This document shows, piece after piece, positions 47,947 through 58,360 of a stretch of DNA of 64,000 bases; positions within the stretch are counted from its first letter, which is position 1; the number at the start of each line of letters is the position of its first letter. Under the pieces are notes generated by a model that was not told the origin of the DNA, did not search any database, and worked only from the letters and a program-made list of their open reading frames with translations. The position numbers and the translations under genes were made by a program. The DNA is taken from contig JAYENL010000130.1 of NCBI GenBank assembly GCA_034722055.1, forward strand, positions 3,772 through 67,771, read 5' to 3'. The stretch is from Armatimonadota bacterium. Its GTDB lineage: Bacteria; Armatimonadota; Zipacnadia; Zipacnadales; UBA5352.

Positions 47947-50215
47947 GCGAGGACACGCTGCGATACTGGCGGGACTGCTGGCCGCTACCGTGGCCGGCGT
48001 TCCCTCGTCCGCCCGGGCCCAGAACCTGCTGCGCAACGGCAGCTTCGAGGGCCCCGTGGCGGGCACCGTTCCCGAGAGCTGGTCGTTCCACGACTTCCAG
48101 GGTGATGAGCTGGCCAGCGGCGAGGTGGACCGCGGCGGGCGCGTCGGTCCGCACTGCCTCAAGCTGACATCCCCCGTCTTCCCCGTGGACTATGTCGCCT
48201 ACTGCCGGCCGATAGATGTTGAGGACCTGGACAGCGACGAACTCATCTTCTCATGCTTCTTCCGCACAAAGGACCATCCGCAGGCGCAGGTCACCCTCGC
48301 AACCTACGGCGAGGACTTCACCGAGAGGGAGTTCGCCACTCCCGACCTCCTCACAGAGTCCCATCCCCTGGGCGAGACCAGGCGGTGGGTCCTCTACACC
48401 ACGCACCTGCAGCTCCGGCCGGGCACCAAGCAGCTCGTGGTGATGCTGCGGGTGATGGGCGAGGGCACCGTCTACTGGGACGGCGCCTCGGTGCGAGAGG
48501 TCGGTGGGCAGGTGGAGGCGGAGCTGCAGGAGGCCGGCACGCTCGTGGACCTGCCCGGGCGCCGCATCGTGCAGTGTAGGGTGCGCAACGCCACCGAACG
48601 CGAGCTGCCCCTGCGGCTGGAGCTGGAGGCCAGCGACGAAAAGCATCGGCCCCGGCGCCGAGCCACCCCGTGCACCCTGGTGCCGGGCCAGCGCGAGTCG
48701 CTTCAGGTCGTCTACCCATTCGATTTCCGCCAGCCCCACAGGCTGTTCGTGGCCGTGGTCGGCGACAGCCCTGACGAGGTGCACGAGGCCTGGCGGCTGC
48801 AGGTGCCCGGCCTGGTGGATGCCCGCATCGTGGAGCCCGCCTTCCGCTCCATGGTGCTCTCCACCGTCCCTACCGAGCAGATCGTCGTGCAGGGGGAGCT
48901 CAACGCCCTGGCGGAGATCGCCAGGCGGGCGGAGATCTCCGGCCACCTGGTGGGCACCGGGGCGCGTGCGGAGCAGCCGGAGCTGCTGTCGGATGAGGGG
49001 CTGACCGGCCCCTGGCTGGTGCGGCTGTCAACGGAGGGCATGCTCACCGAGGAGTACGAGGTCGCCGTCACCGCCCGCGTGGACAACCATGAGCACACCC
49101 TCAGCCTTCCGCTGCAGCGCGCGCCGCGCGCCGAGGCGGAGGTGGCCTATGACGCCCGCCATCGGCTGTGGGTCAACGGCCAGCAGACCTTCCCGCTGGG
49201 CATCTACCGTGTCGTTGAGGAGACCGACCTGCCCAGGATCTCGGAGGCGGGCTTCAACTTCACCATCACCCCGTCGCGGTCGGTAAGCTGGCGCTACGCC
49301 AACGCCGCCCGCGATGAGGGGCTGCACGTCGCCATCGGCTCGCCGACCCTGCAGGGCCTGTTCTGGACGAACATCACGGAGACCTACTCCGGTCGCGAGG
49401 CGCTTCTGGGCTGGTACGGGCTGGAGCTTCCCGACGCCCAGGCCGCCACCACTCAGGTCCTCGAGCAGGCCTACGTGCGCTCCACGGAGGGGCCGTATAA
49501 GGCCATCGCTCAGCTCGATCCTCACCATCCGGTGATCCTCGCCCTGCGGCCCAACGGCACCATGGACGAGTTCGCACGGGTCGCCGACATCGTGCTGGCC
49601 TGGAGCGAGCCGCTGCCGAAGTGGAGCATCACCATGGTCTCGGAGGCCGTGCGCCGCGCCCACGAGGCCGTGGACGGCCGCAAGCCCGTCTGGGCGGTCA
49701 TCCAGTCCACAGGCCATCTCTGGACCACCGATCCCAGGCCGGGGCCGGAGGATCTGACCCGTCCGCCCACGCCCGCCGAGCATCGCGCCATGGTCTATCT
49801 GGCGCTGATGGAGGGCGCCGAGGGGCTGGCCTACTACGCTTACAGCCTGCCCTCGGTGGGCGAGCGGCCGTCCTACCGCATGGAGGCGGACGCGCCGGAG
49901 CTGTGGGAGTCCATCCAGGAGACCAACCGCCAGGTGCTGTCCCTGGAGCCGGTGCTGCTGGCGGCCGACCCCGCGCCCCTGGACCTCGGCGAGGGTCCCA
50001 TCCGGGCGGCGCAGTGGGAACACGAGGGCAGCCGCTACGTGATAGCCGTCAATGCCGACGAGGCGGCCACCGCGGCGGTGCTGGACATCGGGGCCGAGCC
50101 GGGCGAGGAGATCGATGTCCTCTTCGAGCAGCGCACCACCATCGCGACCGACTCCGGGGCCGTCGGGGAGGCCTTCGAGCCCTACGGCGTGCACGTCTAC
50201 ATGCTGAGCGGATGA
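47939..50215 (+). CDS. Secreted protein with a carbohydrate-binding-like N-domain and a glycoside hydrolase-like C-terminal region
   Basis: Signal peptide, NLLRNGSFE, VNGQQTFPLGIY, AGFNF, DPHHP, KPVWAVIQ. Confidence 0.65.
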   Translation: MLRRGHAAILAGLLAATVAGVPSSARAQNLLRNGSFEGPVAGTVPESWSFHDFQGDELASGEVDRGGRVGPHCLKLTSPVFPVDYVAYCRPIDVEDLDSDELIFSCFFRTKDHPQAQVTLATYGEDFTEREFATPDLLTESHPLGETRRWVLYTTHLQLRPGTKQLVVMLRVMGEGTVYWDGASVREVGGQVEAELQEAGTLVDLPGRRIVQCRVRNATERELPLRLELEASDEKHRPRRRATPCTLVPGQRESLQVVYPFDFRQPHRLFVAVVGDSPDEVHEAWRLQVPGLVDARIVEPAFRSMVLSTVPTEQIVVQGELNALAEIARRAEISGHLVGTGARAEQPELLSDEGLTGPWLVRLSTEGMLTEEYEVAVTARVDNHEHTLSLPLQRAPRAEAEVAYDARHRLWVNGQQTFPLGIYRVVEETDLPRISEAGFNFTITPSRSVSWRYANAARDEGLHVAIGSPTLQGLFWTNITETYSGREALLGWYGLELPDAQAATTQVLEQAYVRSTEGPYKAIAQLDPHHPVILALRPNGTMDEFARVADIVLAWSEPLPKWSITMVSEAVRRAHEAVDGRKPVWAVIQSTGHLWTTDPRPGPEDLTRPPTPAEHRAMVYLALMEGAEGLAYYAYSLPSVGERPSYRMEADAPELWESIQETNRQVLSLEPVLLAADPAPLDLGEGPIRAAQWEHEGSRYVIAVNADEAATAAVLDIGAEPGEEIDVLFEQRTTIATDSGAVGEAFEPYGVHVYMLSG

Positions 50216-50251
50216 CGCAAGCGCGCGCCGCTATCGACGGGAGGCGATCCG

Positions 50252-51808
50252 GTGGCGGGGCCTGAGATGACCAACATCGTGCAGTACTGGCGCGCCACCG
50301 TGGCACGCTTCCCTCACAAGCCGGCCGCGGTCTTCGAGGGACGGGAGTTCTCCTACCGGGAGGCCGATCGTCTCTCGGCCAGCCTTGCGATGGCCCTGCG
50401 GGATCGGTTCGAGGTCGATGAGGGCCACACCGTCGCCATCGCCATGCCCAACTGCATCGAGTTCCTGCTGGCATACTGGGCGGTGATTCGCGCCGGGGCG
50501 GTGGTGGCCGCTGTCAACTGCCGGCTGGGCGAGGAGGAGATGGCGCACGTCCTGACCGACACCAAGGCCAGGGTGCTCATCACCCACGGTCGCGTGCAGC
50601 GGCAGGTTGAGGCGGGGCTGCGCGAGGCCGACAGCGTCGAGCGCATCATCGTCGCCCATCCGCAGCAGGAGCGCAGCGCCCGCTTCGCCGAGCTGTGCGA
50701 CAGTAGCGCCTCAGGCACCGCAGGCGGTCTGCAGGCCTTCGAGGACGCCAACCCCCGCACCGACGCCCTGGCCGTCATCGCCTACACCTCCGGGACCACA
50801 GGCAAGCCCAAGGGCGCCATGATGCGCCACTGCGACCTGCTTTTCAATGTCAAGAACTGCCTGGTGGCCCACAGCTTCCGCCACGAGGACGTGCACATGC
50901 TGGCTCTGCCCATGTTCCACTGCACGGCGCTGTACAGCCTGCTGCCGTCCTCGGCCTACCTGGGCAGCACGCTGGCCATCGCGCCGCGGCCCGATCGCGG
51001 GGAGCTGCTGGACCTCATCGAAGGCGCCCGCGTGACCACCTTCCTGGGCCCGCCCACGCTCTTCGCCATGCTCGCCCAGGGCGAGGAGCTGGCCCACCGC
51101 GACACAGCCTCCCTGCGGCTGATCGCCTACGCCGGCTCCCCCATGCACCCCGACACCATCCGCAGGCTCCGGGAGCTTGTGCCCCACGTGGACCTGCGCA
51201 ACTTCTTCGGCCTCACCGAGACCACGTCCGTCACCCATGTGCTGCCCAGCGCCGAGGCCCTCAGTCACGCCGAGTCGGTGGGAAAGCCGCTGCCCGAGGT
51301 CCGCGCCATCGTCGCGAATGAGGAGGGCGAGGAGCTGCCCACCGGCGAGACCGGAGAGCTGTGTATCCACCGCGACAACGTCATCTCCGGCTACTGGAAT
51401 CAGCCCAACCGCCTGGAGGAGGACATCCGCGGAAGCTGGTTCCGCACCGGCGACCTGGCGCACATAGACGAGGACGGCTATCTCTACGTGCACGGCCGCG
51501 AGAAGGACGTCATCATCGTGGGCGGCGAGAATGTGGTGGCCGGCGAGGTGGAGGAGGTCATCGCTGAGCTGGAGGGCCTGCGCGAGGTGGCCGTGGTGGG
51601 CGTCGAGGCGACCGGCATTCGCTCCTACCTGGGGGAGCTGGTGAAGGCCGTGGTTGTGGTGGAGCCGGACGCGGAGATCGAGGAGAGAGAGATCAAGCGC
51701 CATTGCATGCAGCGGCTGGCCAGCTACCAGGTGCCGCAGACGATCGAGTTTCGCGACGAGTTGCCCCGCAATCCGGCCGGGAAGGTCCTCAAGCGAGAGC
51801 TGAAGTAA
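50252..51808 (+). CDS. Acyl-CoA synthetase / AMP-binding enzyme
   Basis: YTSGTTGKPKG, FGLTET, FRTGD, GREKD, LPRNPAGKVLK. Confidence 0.92.
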   Translation: MAGPEMTNIVQYWRATVARFPHKPAAVFEGREFSYREADRLSASLAMALRDRFEVDEGHTVAIAMPNCIEFLLAYWAVIRAGAVVAAVNCRLGEEEMAHVLTDTKARVLITHGRVQRQVEAGLREADSVERIIVAHPQQERSARFAELCDSSASGTAGGLQAFEDANPRTDALAVIAYTSGTTGKPKGAMMRHCDLLFNVKNCLVAHSFRHEDVHMLALPMFHCTALYSLLPSSAYLGSTLAIAPRPDRGELLDLIEGARVTTFLGPPTLFAMLAQGEELAHRDTASLRLIAYAGSPMHPDTIRRLRELVPHVDLRNFFGLTETTSVTHVLPSAEALSHAESVGKPLPEVRAIVANEEGEELPTGETGELCIHRDNVISGYWNQPNRLEEDIRGSWFRTGDLAHIDEDGYLYVHGREKDVIIVGGENVVAGEVEEVIAELEGLREVAVVGVEATGIRSYLGELVKAVVVVEPDAEIEEREIKRHCMQRLASYQVPQTIEFRDELPRNPAGKVLKRELK

Positions 51809-51826
51809 CGCGCCCCGGCGCTGCCA

Positions 51827-52075
51827 TTAATCCCCGCCACCGGCCGCATCGCCGAGCCCTGCAGCGCCCGCGCCCCCCTCGCCGGTCAGCCGTCCCAGCC
51901 CCTCCGTGCCGGCAGTGACACTGTCCTGCGCCACCCTCGCCAAAGCCTGATAGGCAATCACAGCCGAAAGCGCCATGACCGCCAGCATGAGAGCGTACTC
52001 TACCGTCGTGGCCGCCTCCTCGTCACGCCACAGCCGGGAGACCCCTTCGACGATGCACCGACCGACGCGTCCCAC
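51827..52075 (-). CDS. Flp family type IVb pilin
   Basis: RLWRDEEAATTVEYALMLA plus a hydrophobic helix; GTG start after AGGAG. Confidence 0.75.
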   Translation of the reverse strand: MGRVGRCIVEGVSRLWRDEEAATTVEYALMLAVMALSAVIAYQALARVAQDSVTAGTEGLGRLTGEGGAGAAGLGDAAGGGD

Positions 52076-52300
52076 CCTCTCCTGCCTGTCCCCACCCATA
52101 CCCTTACCCGCACGCCCCTCCAGCAGCGTCAGCACGGACGCCGAGAGCTCGATGGTGTAGTCGGGCGACCCGCTGATCCCAAAGCGGAGCATCTATCCGA
52201 CCATCGGCGGATGGCAATTGCTGAGGGCGACGCTCCACTTGTCGCCCTCCTGCGCGCTCTTCTCACAATGTACTTGGGATGACATCCGTCACGATCCAGC

Positions 52301-53563
52301 CTACTGAACGAGCTTCACCTCGGTGCATTCGTATCCGCTGTCGGCGCTGGCGGGGCCCTCGTGCGTGCTGGCCGAGCCGGTCAGCTCCACGATCTCGGCG
52401 ACCAGGCCCACTTCGTACATGTGCTCGCTGGATCCGTCGAAGTAGAGGCTGCCGCCCGGAGCGTAGAGGATCCCGCTGGCCTGACAGTTGGAGGCGTCCA
52501 CCCATATCGCGTCGGCGGCAGTTCCCGCCCCGCCCATGGTGCTGAAGGCGGTGAGGTCGCGGACGAACGGTGAGAAGCTGCTGTAGACGCCGTTGACGTA
52601 GATCTGGCCGCCCGCCACCATGGTGACGCGGTCGAAGATCGTATCTGAGCCGTTGATGAAGATGTCGCCGTCCACGACGAAGAGAGCATCCTGGCACTGG
52701 CAGCCGTTGGCATTGATGATCATGTCCCCGCGCACGCGCCAGCGGCCTGAGGCCAGCGAGGCATCGGACTGGTCGATGTAGATGCTGCTCACCTCGTGGT
52801 CCCACGGCCCTTGGTCGAAGTCCTGCCACATGAAGTCCACCGGGTACTCCTCGATGTCCGCGGCCACTGTCTGACCGCCGACCGAGAAGCCGGAGCCGGA
52901 AATGTCCAGGTCATTGCGGTACTCGACATCACCGGTGACCGAGAGGTTCGAGCCATTGATGTAGACGCCAGTGTTGGAGTGGATACTCCCATTGAGGGTG
53001 TTGCCGGAGCCGTTCAGGGTAATACCGTCAACACCGGGATCGGTGGAGGCGGCGAAGATGAAGCTGTCGGAGAGGCCATTTCGCCACAGCTCAGCGCGGG
53101 CGAGCGCCCCGCGCTCCAGTGTCACCTGCTCGGCGCCGAGGGCCTTGGCGAAGGAGAACTCGAACTCCGCCTGCCCCACCACTTCGGCAGCGTACTGCCG
53201 GTGCCCGAGAGTCCCGCAGCCGGGCACCTCATCGCCCGGAACGTAGTAATGGACCGTGGAGGTGACCTGCCAAGGCGAGGCGTTGTTGTTGGCGGCGACT
53301 GTTTCGGAGACTGCGACGTCCCGGCTGCCCAGCTCCGCCGTGTTCGCCGCGCCGGCCAGCGCCGCGGCATCGGTGACGTCCTGCACGCGCTGGACGGCCA
53401 GGGTCATGGCCCCGATGTCGAAGACCAGCGCCGCCACGCCCATCAGCACGGGAAGGGCTGCGACGGTGAGAGAGGAGACGGAACCGCGGCGACCCCCGCG
53501 GCGATCCAGAGTGGGATGCGTCAAGAACGCCAATAGCCGCCGACTGCTCGCACGCTGACCCAT
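52301..53563 (-). CDS. TadG-like pseudopilin with a C-terminal beta-helix-like region
   Basis: RRGSV+TM, LVFDIG...QDVTDAAALAGA; repeated ING(S) beta-strand motifs; AGGAG RBS. Confidence 0.75.
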   Translation of the reverse strand: MGQRASSRRLLAFLTHPTLDRRGGRRGSVSSLTVAALPVLMGVAALVFDIGAMTLAVQRVQDVTDAAALAGAANTAELGSRDVAVSETVAANNNASPWQVTSTVHYYVPGDEVPGCGTLGHRQYAAEVVGQAEFEFSFAKALGAEQVTLERGALARAELWRNGLSDSFIFAASTDPGVDGITLNGSGNTLNGSIHSNTGVYINGSNLSVTGDVEYRNDLDISGSGFSVGGQTVAADIEEYPVDFMWQDFDQGPWDHEVSSIYIDQSDASLASGRWRVRGDMIINANGCQCQDALFVVDGDIFINGSDTIFDRVTMVAGGQIYVNGVYSSFSPFVRDLTAFSTMGGAGTAADAIWVDASNCQASGILYAPGGSLYFDGSSEHMYEVGLVAEIVELTGSASTHEGPASADSGYECTEVKLVQ

Positions 53564-53859
53564 CGGTCTCACTCCTGCGTGTGTTGCCGGCGGTGCCACC
53601 AACTTTACTACATGCCTGCCGCAATGACCCTCTGGAAGCAGTCAATTCTTCCTCAAGATACGCTCAAACGAAGCCGCCCCGAAATAGCGCCTTTGCAGTC
53701 TGCCTCCCGCGCTGGGACGCTGTTCGCGGCTCTGTCACCAACCAGGGGCCGCAAAGTGATCTGCCCCGAAGCATTGACGCGAAGGGCCCTCCTGTGGCAT
53801 CATATTCGCGCCGCGTGAGGCGTGCCTGGGCGCCATTGAGATGAGGAGGCACCGCTGCC

Positions 53860-54474
53860 ATGCATCGAGCAGCCGTCTGTGTCACGATCACCGTGGCCCT
53901 GGCGCTCGCCTGTGGAGTGGCCTGGGCACAGGACTACATCACCGATACGGTGGACCCGCTTGCCCCCTACATGCATGACCTTGAGCGGGTGTACGCACTG
54001 GGAATCATGGAGGGCTATCAGGACGACACCTTCCGGCCTGACCAGAACGTGGAGCGTGGCGAGCTGTGGGTGGCCTTCAACCGCCTCATCGACGTGCTGC
54101 GGATGAAGGGGATGGAGCTGCCCGAGGACTACAAGCCATATCTGGCGACGTATGGCCGGGGCGTCCGCGACCACTGGGGCATGGAGGCCTGGGAGCGGAT
54201 GACCAAGACCCACCTCATCGACCGTCGTCCGGTAGCGCTGGTGATGGACCTCGATGCCGAGATCAAGCGCATCGAGTTCGCCGAGCTTGCGGTGGGTGTC
54301 CTACGGGGGTACGGCATGCTGCAGGCCGACCTCGCACCCGCCGAGGTCGCCATCGGCGAGGAGATCATGGTCCGCCAGGAGGATGGGCACTTCCACTTCC
54401 AGGGGGCGATGCCCCGCTGGGAGATGGCGGTGGCACTGTCGAGGCTCCTGAACCGAGTCGCTCCCGACCTCTGA
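53860..54474 (+). CDS. S-layer homology (SLH) domain protein
   Basis: Signal peptide; LGIMEGYQDDTFRPDQNVERGE, DHWG, PRWEMAVALSRLL. Confidence 0.8.
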   Translation: MHRAAVCVTITVALALACGVAWAQDYITDTVDPLAPYMHDLERVYALGIMEGYQDDTFRPDQNVERGELWVAFNRLIDVLRMKGMELPEDYKPYLATYGRGVRDHWGMEAWERMTKTHLIDRRPVALVMDLDAEIKRIEFAELAVGVLRGYGMLQADLAPAEVAIGEEIMVRQEDGHFHFQGAMPRWEMAVALSRLLNRVAPDL

Positions 54475-54633
54475 GCCGCCAGCGCACTCGTCCCGCCAGG
54501 CCCGGCGCCCGCTGCGCCGGGCCTTCTGCGCGCAGGGCTGCTACCGGCATGGGCAGGCGAAGGCGGCCTGAGGCGCGTCTTTCAGGTGGACGGTTCGGAG
54601 GTGCGGGAGAGCGTCCGACTGAACTGCGCGCGG

Positions 54634-55011
54634 CTACGAGACACGCACCCCGCACTCGGGGCAGAAGCTGGCCTCCGCCGGCAGCGTCGCGCCGCACTCG
54701 GGACAGGTGGGCTGTGTCTGCGCCTCGTCGGACTGCTCGTCCGCGCGCAGGTCCTTGATCTGGGCGCGTATCTCCATCATCTGGGCCTCGATCTCCCTGG
54801 CGCGCTCGATGAGCACGGCCAGCTCCTCGTCGTGGACCTGCCGCATGGTCAGCAGCTCCCTGGCGCGCTTGCCGGCCTCCTCGTACGCCCGATCAAGGTC
54901 GTTCTCCAGCGCCCCCATCTTGGTCTGCAGCTTCAGGATCTCCGCCTCTCGGCCGGCGGAGCCGGCAAGATCCCCTATCGCCTCTCTGGCCTTCCTCAGG
55001 AAGTCATCCAT
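54634..55011 (-). CDS. Coiled-coil protein with a C-terminal zinc ribbon
   Basis: TCPECGATLPAEASFCPECG. Confidence 0.8.
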   Translation of the reverse strand: MDDFLRKAREAIGDLAGSAGREAEILKLQTKMGALENDLDRAYEEAGKRARELLTMRQVHDEELAVLIERAREIEAQMMEIRAQIKDLRADEQSDEAQTQPTCPECGATLPAEASFCPECGVRVS

Positions 55012-55152
55012 GCTGGCACTCCGAGCCGCTTCCGTGATCTCGCATTCGATTCTTCGGCCCACGCCAGCCGAACACCTGCATGCGGGGAGGACGCCGCGGC
55101 CGGCGACGCGAAGATGAACCTGCAGACAGCCACTCGAGGAGGTGCTCGGAGG

Positions 55153-56544
55153 ATGCTGCTCAGAGCCGCCGTCATGTTAGTCATGATCGCCGTCTGCCTG
55201 GCCGCCCACGCCCAGGCGCCGAAGCTGCTGCTGCGCGCCGCCTTCGACGGCTCGACCGATCTCGAGCCCGGCGGCGAGGGCGAGCTGGTGGCCGCCGAGT
55301 TCGCCGATGGACGCGACGGCCAGGCCATCCGCGCCACCGCCGCGGACCAGCCCGCCGCGCGCATCCCACTGGACGTCGCCAGCGCAGACGAGGGCACGCT
55401 GATGTTCTGGTTCCGCTGCGACGAGCCCAACCCGCCCGACCGCTCGGAGCGGGTTCACTGGACGCCGGTCACCACCGGCGGCGAGCCCGGGCCGCGCATC
55501 GACGTCCACCAGATGTACCACCAGGCCCAGATCCAGGCCCGCAATCCCTGGGGGGAGGACCACTCCGGCGGCGCCCGGGCCGTCTACAGCCACCTCATCC
55601 CCGGCAAGTGGTACCACCTCGCCTACACCTGGCGGAAGGCCGGCAACGACGTCTGCTACTGGCTCTTCGGCGAGGCTCAGAGCGACACTCTCGGCAAGTG
55701 GAATGAGCTGGAACACACCGACGCCCAGTGGGCGGACACGCTCCAGGTCGGCTCCGCGCTCGGCAGCATCGACGATCTGCGCATCTACGATCGCGCCATG
55801 ACCGGCGAGGAAATCCAGGCCGCCGGCGAGTACCGCGACGGGGAGGCCATGTACGATGAGGGCAAGGTCTTCTTCGACACCGTTCTCGACATCGACGCCC
55901 TGAAGGGCGAGCTGATCGCGGAGGACACTTTCGACGAGCCCTGGCAGGGAAACTGGACGCTGGAGGGACCCGGCATCCTGACGCAGGAGGACGGCCGGCT
56001 GCGCCTCCAGGAGCCCGAGCCCGGCACCGAGGGCGCCAACCACATCGTGCTGTGGAACGACACGCCGACGCCCAAGGACTTCATCGCGCAGTGGGACTTC
56101 ACGCCCAATGACGTCGCCGGCCTGTGCATCGTGTTCTTCTCCGCCAAGGGACTGGGCGGGGAGAGGATCTTCGACCCCGGACTGGAGGAGCGCGATGGGA
56201 CCTTCAGCCAGTATCACTCCGGGGATATCAACTGCTACCACATCTCCTACTTCCGCAACACCTGCTCGCGCTCACCCAACACCGCCCTGCGCAAGAACAA
56301 GGGCTTCTGGCGCTGCTCCGCGGGGTATGATTACATTCCGCTGGAGACGGGCGTGACCAGCACCATCACGCTGGTCAAGCGCGGCGCGCACATCCAGTTC
56401 GCCATCAACGATCGCGTCTCCATCGACTGGGTGGACGACGGGGTCAGCCGCGGCCCGGTCTGGGGCGGAGGGCACATCGGCCTCCGCCAGATGATGACCA
56501 CCGATGGCTGGTACGACAACTTCCGCGTGTGGGCGATCAAGTAG
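55153..56544 (+). CDS. Secreted LamG-like plus YesU/DUF1961 family protein
   Basis: Signal peptide; WYHLAYTW...IDDLRIYDRA; GLCIVFF, YHSGDINCYHISYFR, LRKNKGF, GGHIGLRQM. Confidence 0.8.
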   Translation: MLLRAAVMLVMIAVCLAAHAQAPKLLLRAAFDGSTDLEPGGEGELVAAEFADGRDGQAIRATAADQPAARIPLDVASADEGTLMFWFRCDEPNPPDRSERVHWTPVTTGGEPGPRIDVHQMYHQAQIQARNPWGEDHSGGARAVYSHLIPGKWYHLAYTWRKAGNDVCYWLFGEAQSDTLGKWNELEHTDAQWADTLQVGSALGSIDDLRIYDRAMTGEEIQAAGEYRDGEAMYDEGKVFFDTVLDIDALKGELIAEDTFDEPWQGNWTLEGPGILTQEDGRLRLQEPEPGTEGANHIVLWNDTPTPKDFIAQWDFTPNDVAGLCIVFFSAKGLGGERIFDPGLEERDGTFSQYHSGDINCYHISYFRNTCSRSPNTALRKNKGFWRCSAGYDYIPLETGVTSTITLVKRGAHIQFAINDRVSIDWVDDGVSRGPVWGGGHIGLRQMMTTDGWYDNFRVWAIK

Positions 56545-56563
56545 CGCCGGGGAGACCAGGAAC

Positions 56564-56881
56564 ATGGACCTCGACGAGGCGCTGCGACAACTGAGGGCGG
56601 AGCTCGAGGAGCTCTACGGCGAGCGCCTCAAGGGCCTGTATCTGTTCGGCTCCCGCGCCCGCGGCGACGCCGAGCCGGACTCGGACGTGGACGTGGCCGT
56701 GGTGCTGGACGACTTCGAGTACGAGTCAGACGAGCTCACGCGCATGGCGCCGGTGCTGAACAGGCTGTCGCTTGAATGTGACCTGGTCTTCGCTGCGGTC
56801 CCGATCCGCGCCAGCGAATGGGCAGGTGGCGGCAGCCCCCTGATGCTGAATCTCCGTCGCGAGGGAGTGCCGCTGCCATGA
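56564..56881 (+). CDS. MNT nucleotidyltransferase, array copy 1
   Basis: LFGSRARGDAEPDSDVD. Confidence 0.9.
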   Translation: MDLDEALRQLRAELEELYGERLKGLYLFGSRARGDAEPDSDVDVAVVLDDFEYESDELTRMAPVLNRLSLECDLVFAAVPIRASEWAGGGSPLMLNLRREGVPLP

Positions 56882-57267
56882 CCGAGGAGATGCGCGTACT
56901 GCTGGCCGACGCAAGGCGGAATGCGTCGGCCGCACGTGACTTGCTGGATCGGGGAGACTCGGACGACATCGCGGCCTCTCGAGCCTACTACGCCATGTTC
57001 TACGTCGCTGAGGCCGCCCTGCTCAGCCTCGACCTGTCCTACAGCAAGCACCAGGCCGTGGTGTCGGCGTTCGGCAGGGAGTTCGCCAAGGGCGGGATAC
57101 TCCCCCGGGAGCTTCACGGCCACCTTCGGGAAGCGTTTGGGCTGCGCCAGACGGCCGACTACGCCACGGGGGCGAGCGTGTCCCGCGCTGCTGCGGAGGA
57201 AGTCGTTGACCGCGCCGAGCAGTTCATCGACGCCATCGAGGATTACCTGCGGCAGCAGACAGAGTAG
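56878..57267 (+). CDS. HEPN domain protein, array copy 1
   Basis: SRAYYAMF, SKH, FGREF, LRQTADY; ATGA overlap. Confidence 0.88.
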   Translation: MTEEMRVLLADARRNASAARDLLDRGDSDDIAASRAYYAMFYVAEAALLSLDLSYSKHQAVVSAFGREFAKGGILPRELHGHLREAFGLRQTADYATGASVSRAAAEEVVDRAEQFIDAIEDYLRQQTE

Positions 57268-57459
57268 CTCGGAACCTCGCGCTCCAGGCCGGTTGGTGAG
57301 GTAGATGGACCTTCACGAGGCGCTGCGACAACTGAGGGCGGAGCTTGAGGAGCTCTACGGTGAGCGCCTCAAGGGTCTGTATCTGTTCGGCTCCCGCGCC
57401 CGCGGCGACGCCGAGCCGGACTCGGACGTGGACGTGGCCGTGGTGCTGGACGACTTCGA
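57214..57459 (+). repeat. 246-bp direct repeat (HEPN 3' end, spacer, MNT 5' half)
   Basis: Near-identical to 57952-58197; partial copies at 56564-56718 and 58690-58726. Confidence 0.9.
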
Positions 57460-57622
57460 CTCGGCATTCGAGGAGATCGACCGGATGGCTGAGGTCGGGA
57501 CCCGGATCTCGCTGGCGGCGGATCTCGCTATCACCAAGATACCTCTCACCGAGGCCCAGTGGCGAGATAAGCAGACGGCGTTCCTGCGCAACGCCCGCCG
57601 GGAGGCGGTGAGCATCGAGTGA
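57305..57622 (+). CDS. MNT nucleotidyltransferase, array copy 2
   Basis: LFGSRARGDAEPDSDVD; GAGGT RBS. Confidence 0.9.
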   Translation: MDLHEALRQLRAELEELYGERLKGLYLFGSRARGDAEPDSDVDVAVVLDDFDSAFEEIDRMAEVGTRISLAADLAITKIPLTEAQWRDKQTAFLRNARREAVSIE

Positions 57623-58005
57623 ATGAAGAGCAGGCGGCAATGGTGGGAAGGGCACGCAGCGCACTCAGGCTGGCGCGTGTCGCCCTGCGCGAGGATGAGG
57701 CGAATGCCGCCGCATCGCAGGCGTACTACGCCATGTTCCACGCGGCCAATGCTGCCCTGGCATCACTGGGTCTTGGCTTCTCGAAGCACTCGGCGGTCCA
57801 GAGCGCCTTCGGTCGCGAATTCGCCAAGACTGGCCGCCTGCCCCGGCAACTGCATCGCTGGCTGATCTCCGCCTTCGAGAAGCGGGTCATAGCAAACTAC
57901 GACTACACGTCGCATGTCGAGGACGAAGAGGCGAGCGAAGTCGTCGAGCAGGCCGAGCAGTTCATCGCCGCCATCGAGGATTACCTGCGGGAGCAGACAG
58001 AGTAG
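57619..58005 (+). CDS. HEPN domain protein, array copy 2
   Basis: QAYYAMFH, SKHSAV, FGREF, KRVIANY; GTGA overlap. Confidence 0.88.
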   Translation: MNEEQAAMVGRARSALRLARVALREDEANAAASQAYYAMFHAANAALASLGLGFSKHSAVQSAFGREFAKTGRLPRQLHRWLISAFEKRVIANYDYTSHVEDEEASEVVEQAEQFIAAIEDYLREQTE

Positions 58006-58197
58006 CTCGGACCCTCGTGCTCCAGGCCGGTCGGTGAGGTACATGGACCTTGACGAGGCGCTGCGACAACTGAGGGCGGAGCTCGAGGAGCTCTACGGCG
58101 AACGCCTCAGAGGCCTGTATCTGTTCGGCTCCCGCGCACGCGGCGACGCCGAGCCGGACTCGGACGTGGACGTGGCGGTTGTGCTGGACGACTTCGA
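57952..58197 (+). repeat. 246-bp direct repeat, second full copy
   Basis: Near-identical to 57214-57459. Confidence 0.9.
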
Positions 58198-58360
58198 GTC
58201 GGTCTACACGGAGATCAGGCGCATGTCGGAGGTCGGCGCCCGGACATCTCTCGATCTCGACCTGCACGTTAGCCTCATCCCGGTGCGTGAGGCCGACTGG
58301 CGTGAAGGGACGAGTATATTCCTCCGCAACGTCGCTCGGGAAGGAGTCTCGGTCCATTGA
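58043..58360 (+). CDS. MNT nucleotidyltransferase, array copy 3
   Basis: LFGSRARGDAEPDSDVD; GAGGT RBS. Confidence 0.9.
   Translation: MDLDEALRQLRAELEELYGERLRGLYLFGSRARGDAEPDSDVDVAVVLDDFESVYTEIRRMSEVGARTSLDLDLHVSLIPVREADWREGTSIFLRNVAREGVSVH

Noticed and set aside
53564-53859. Cyclic di-GMP riboswitch upstream of the Tad/Flp genes
   Set aside because: I could not find the consensus stems; only scattered GCAAAG words are present.
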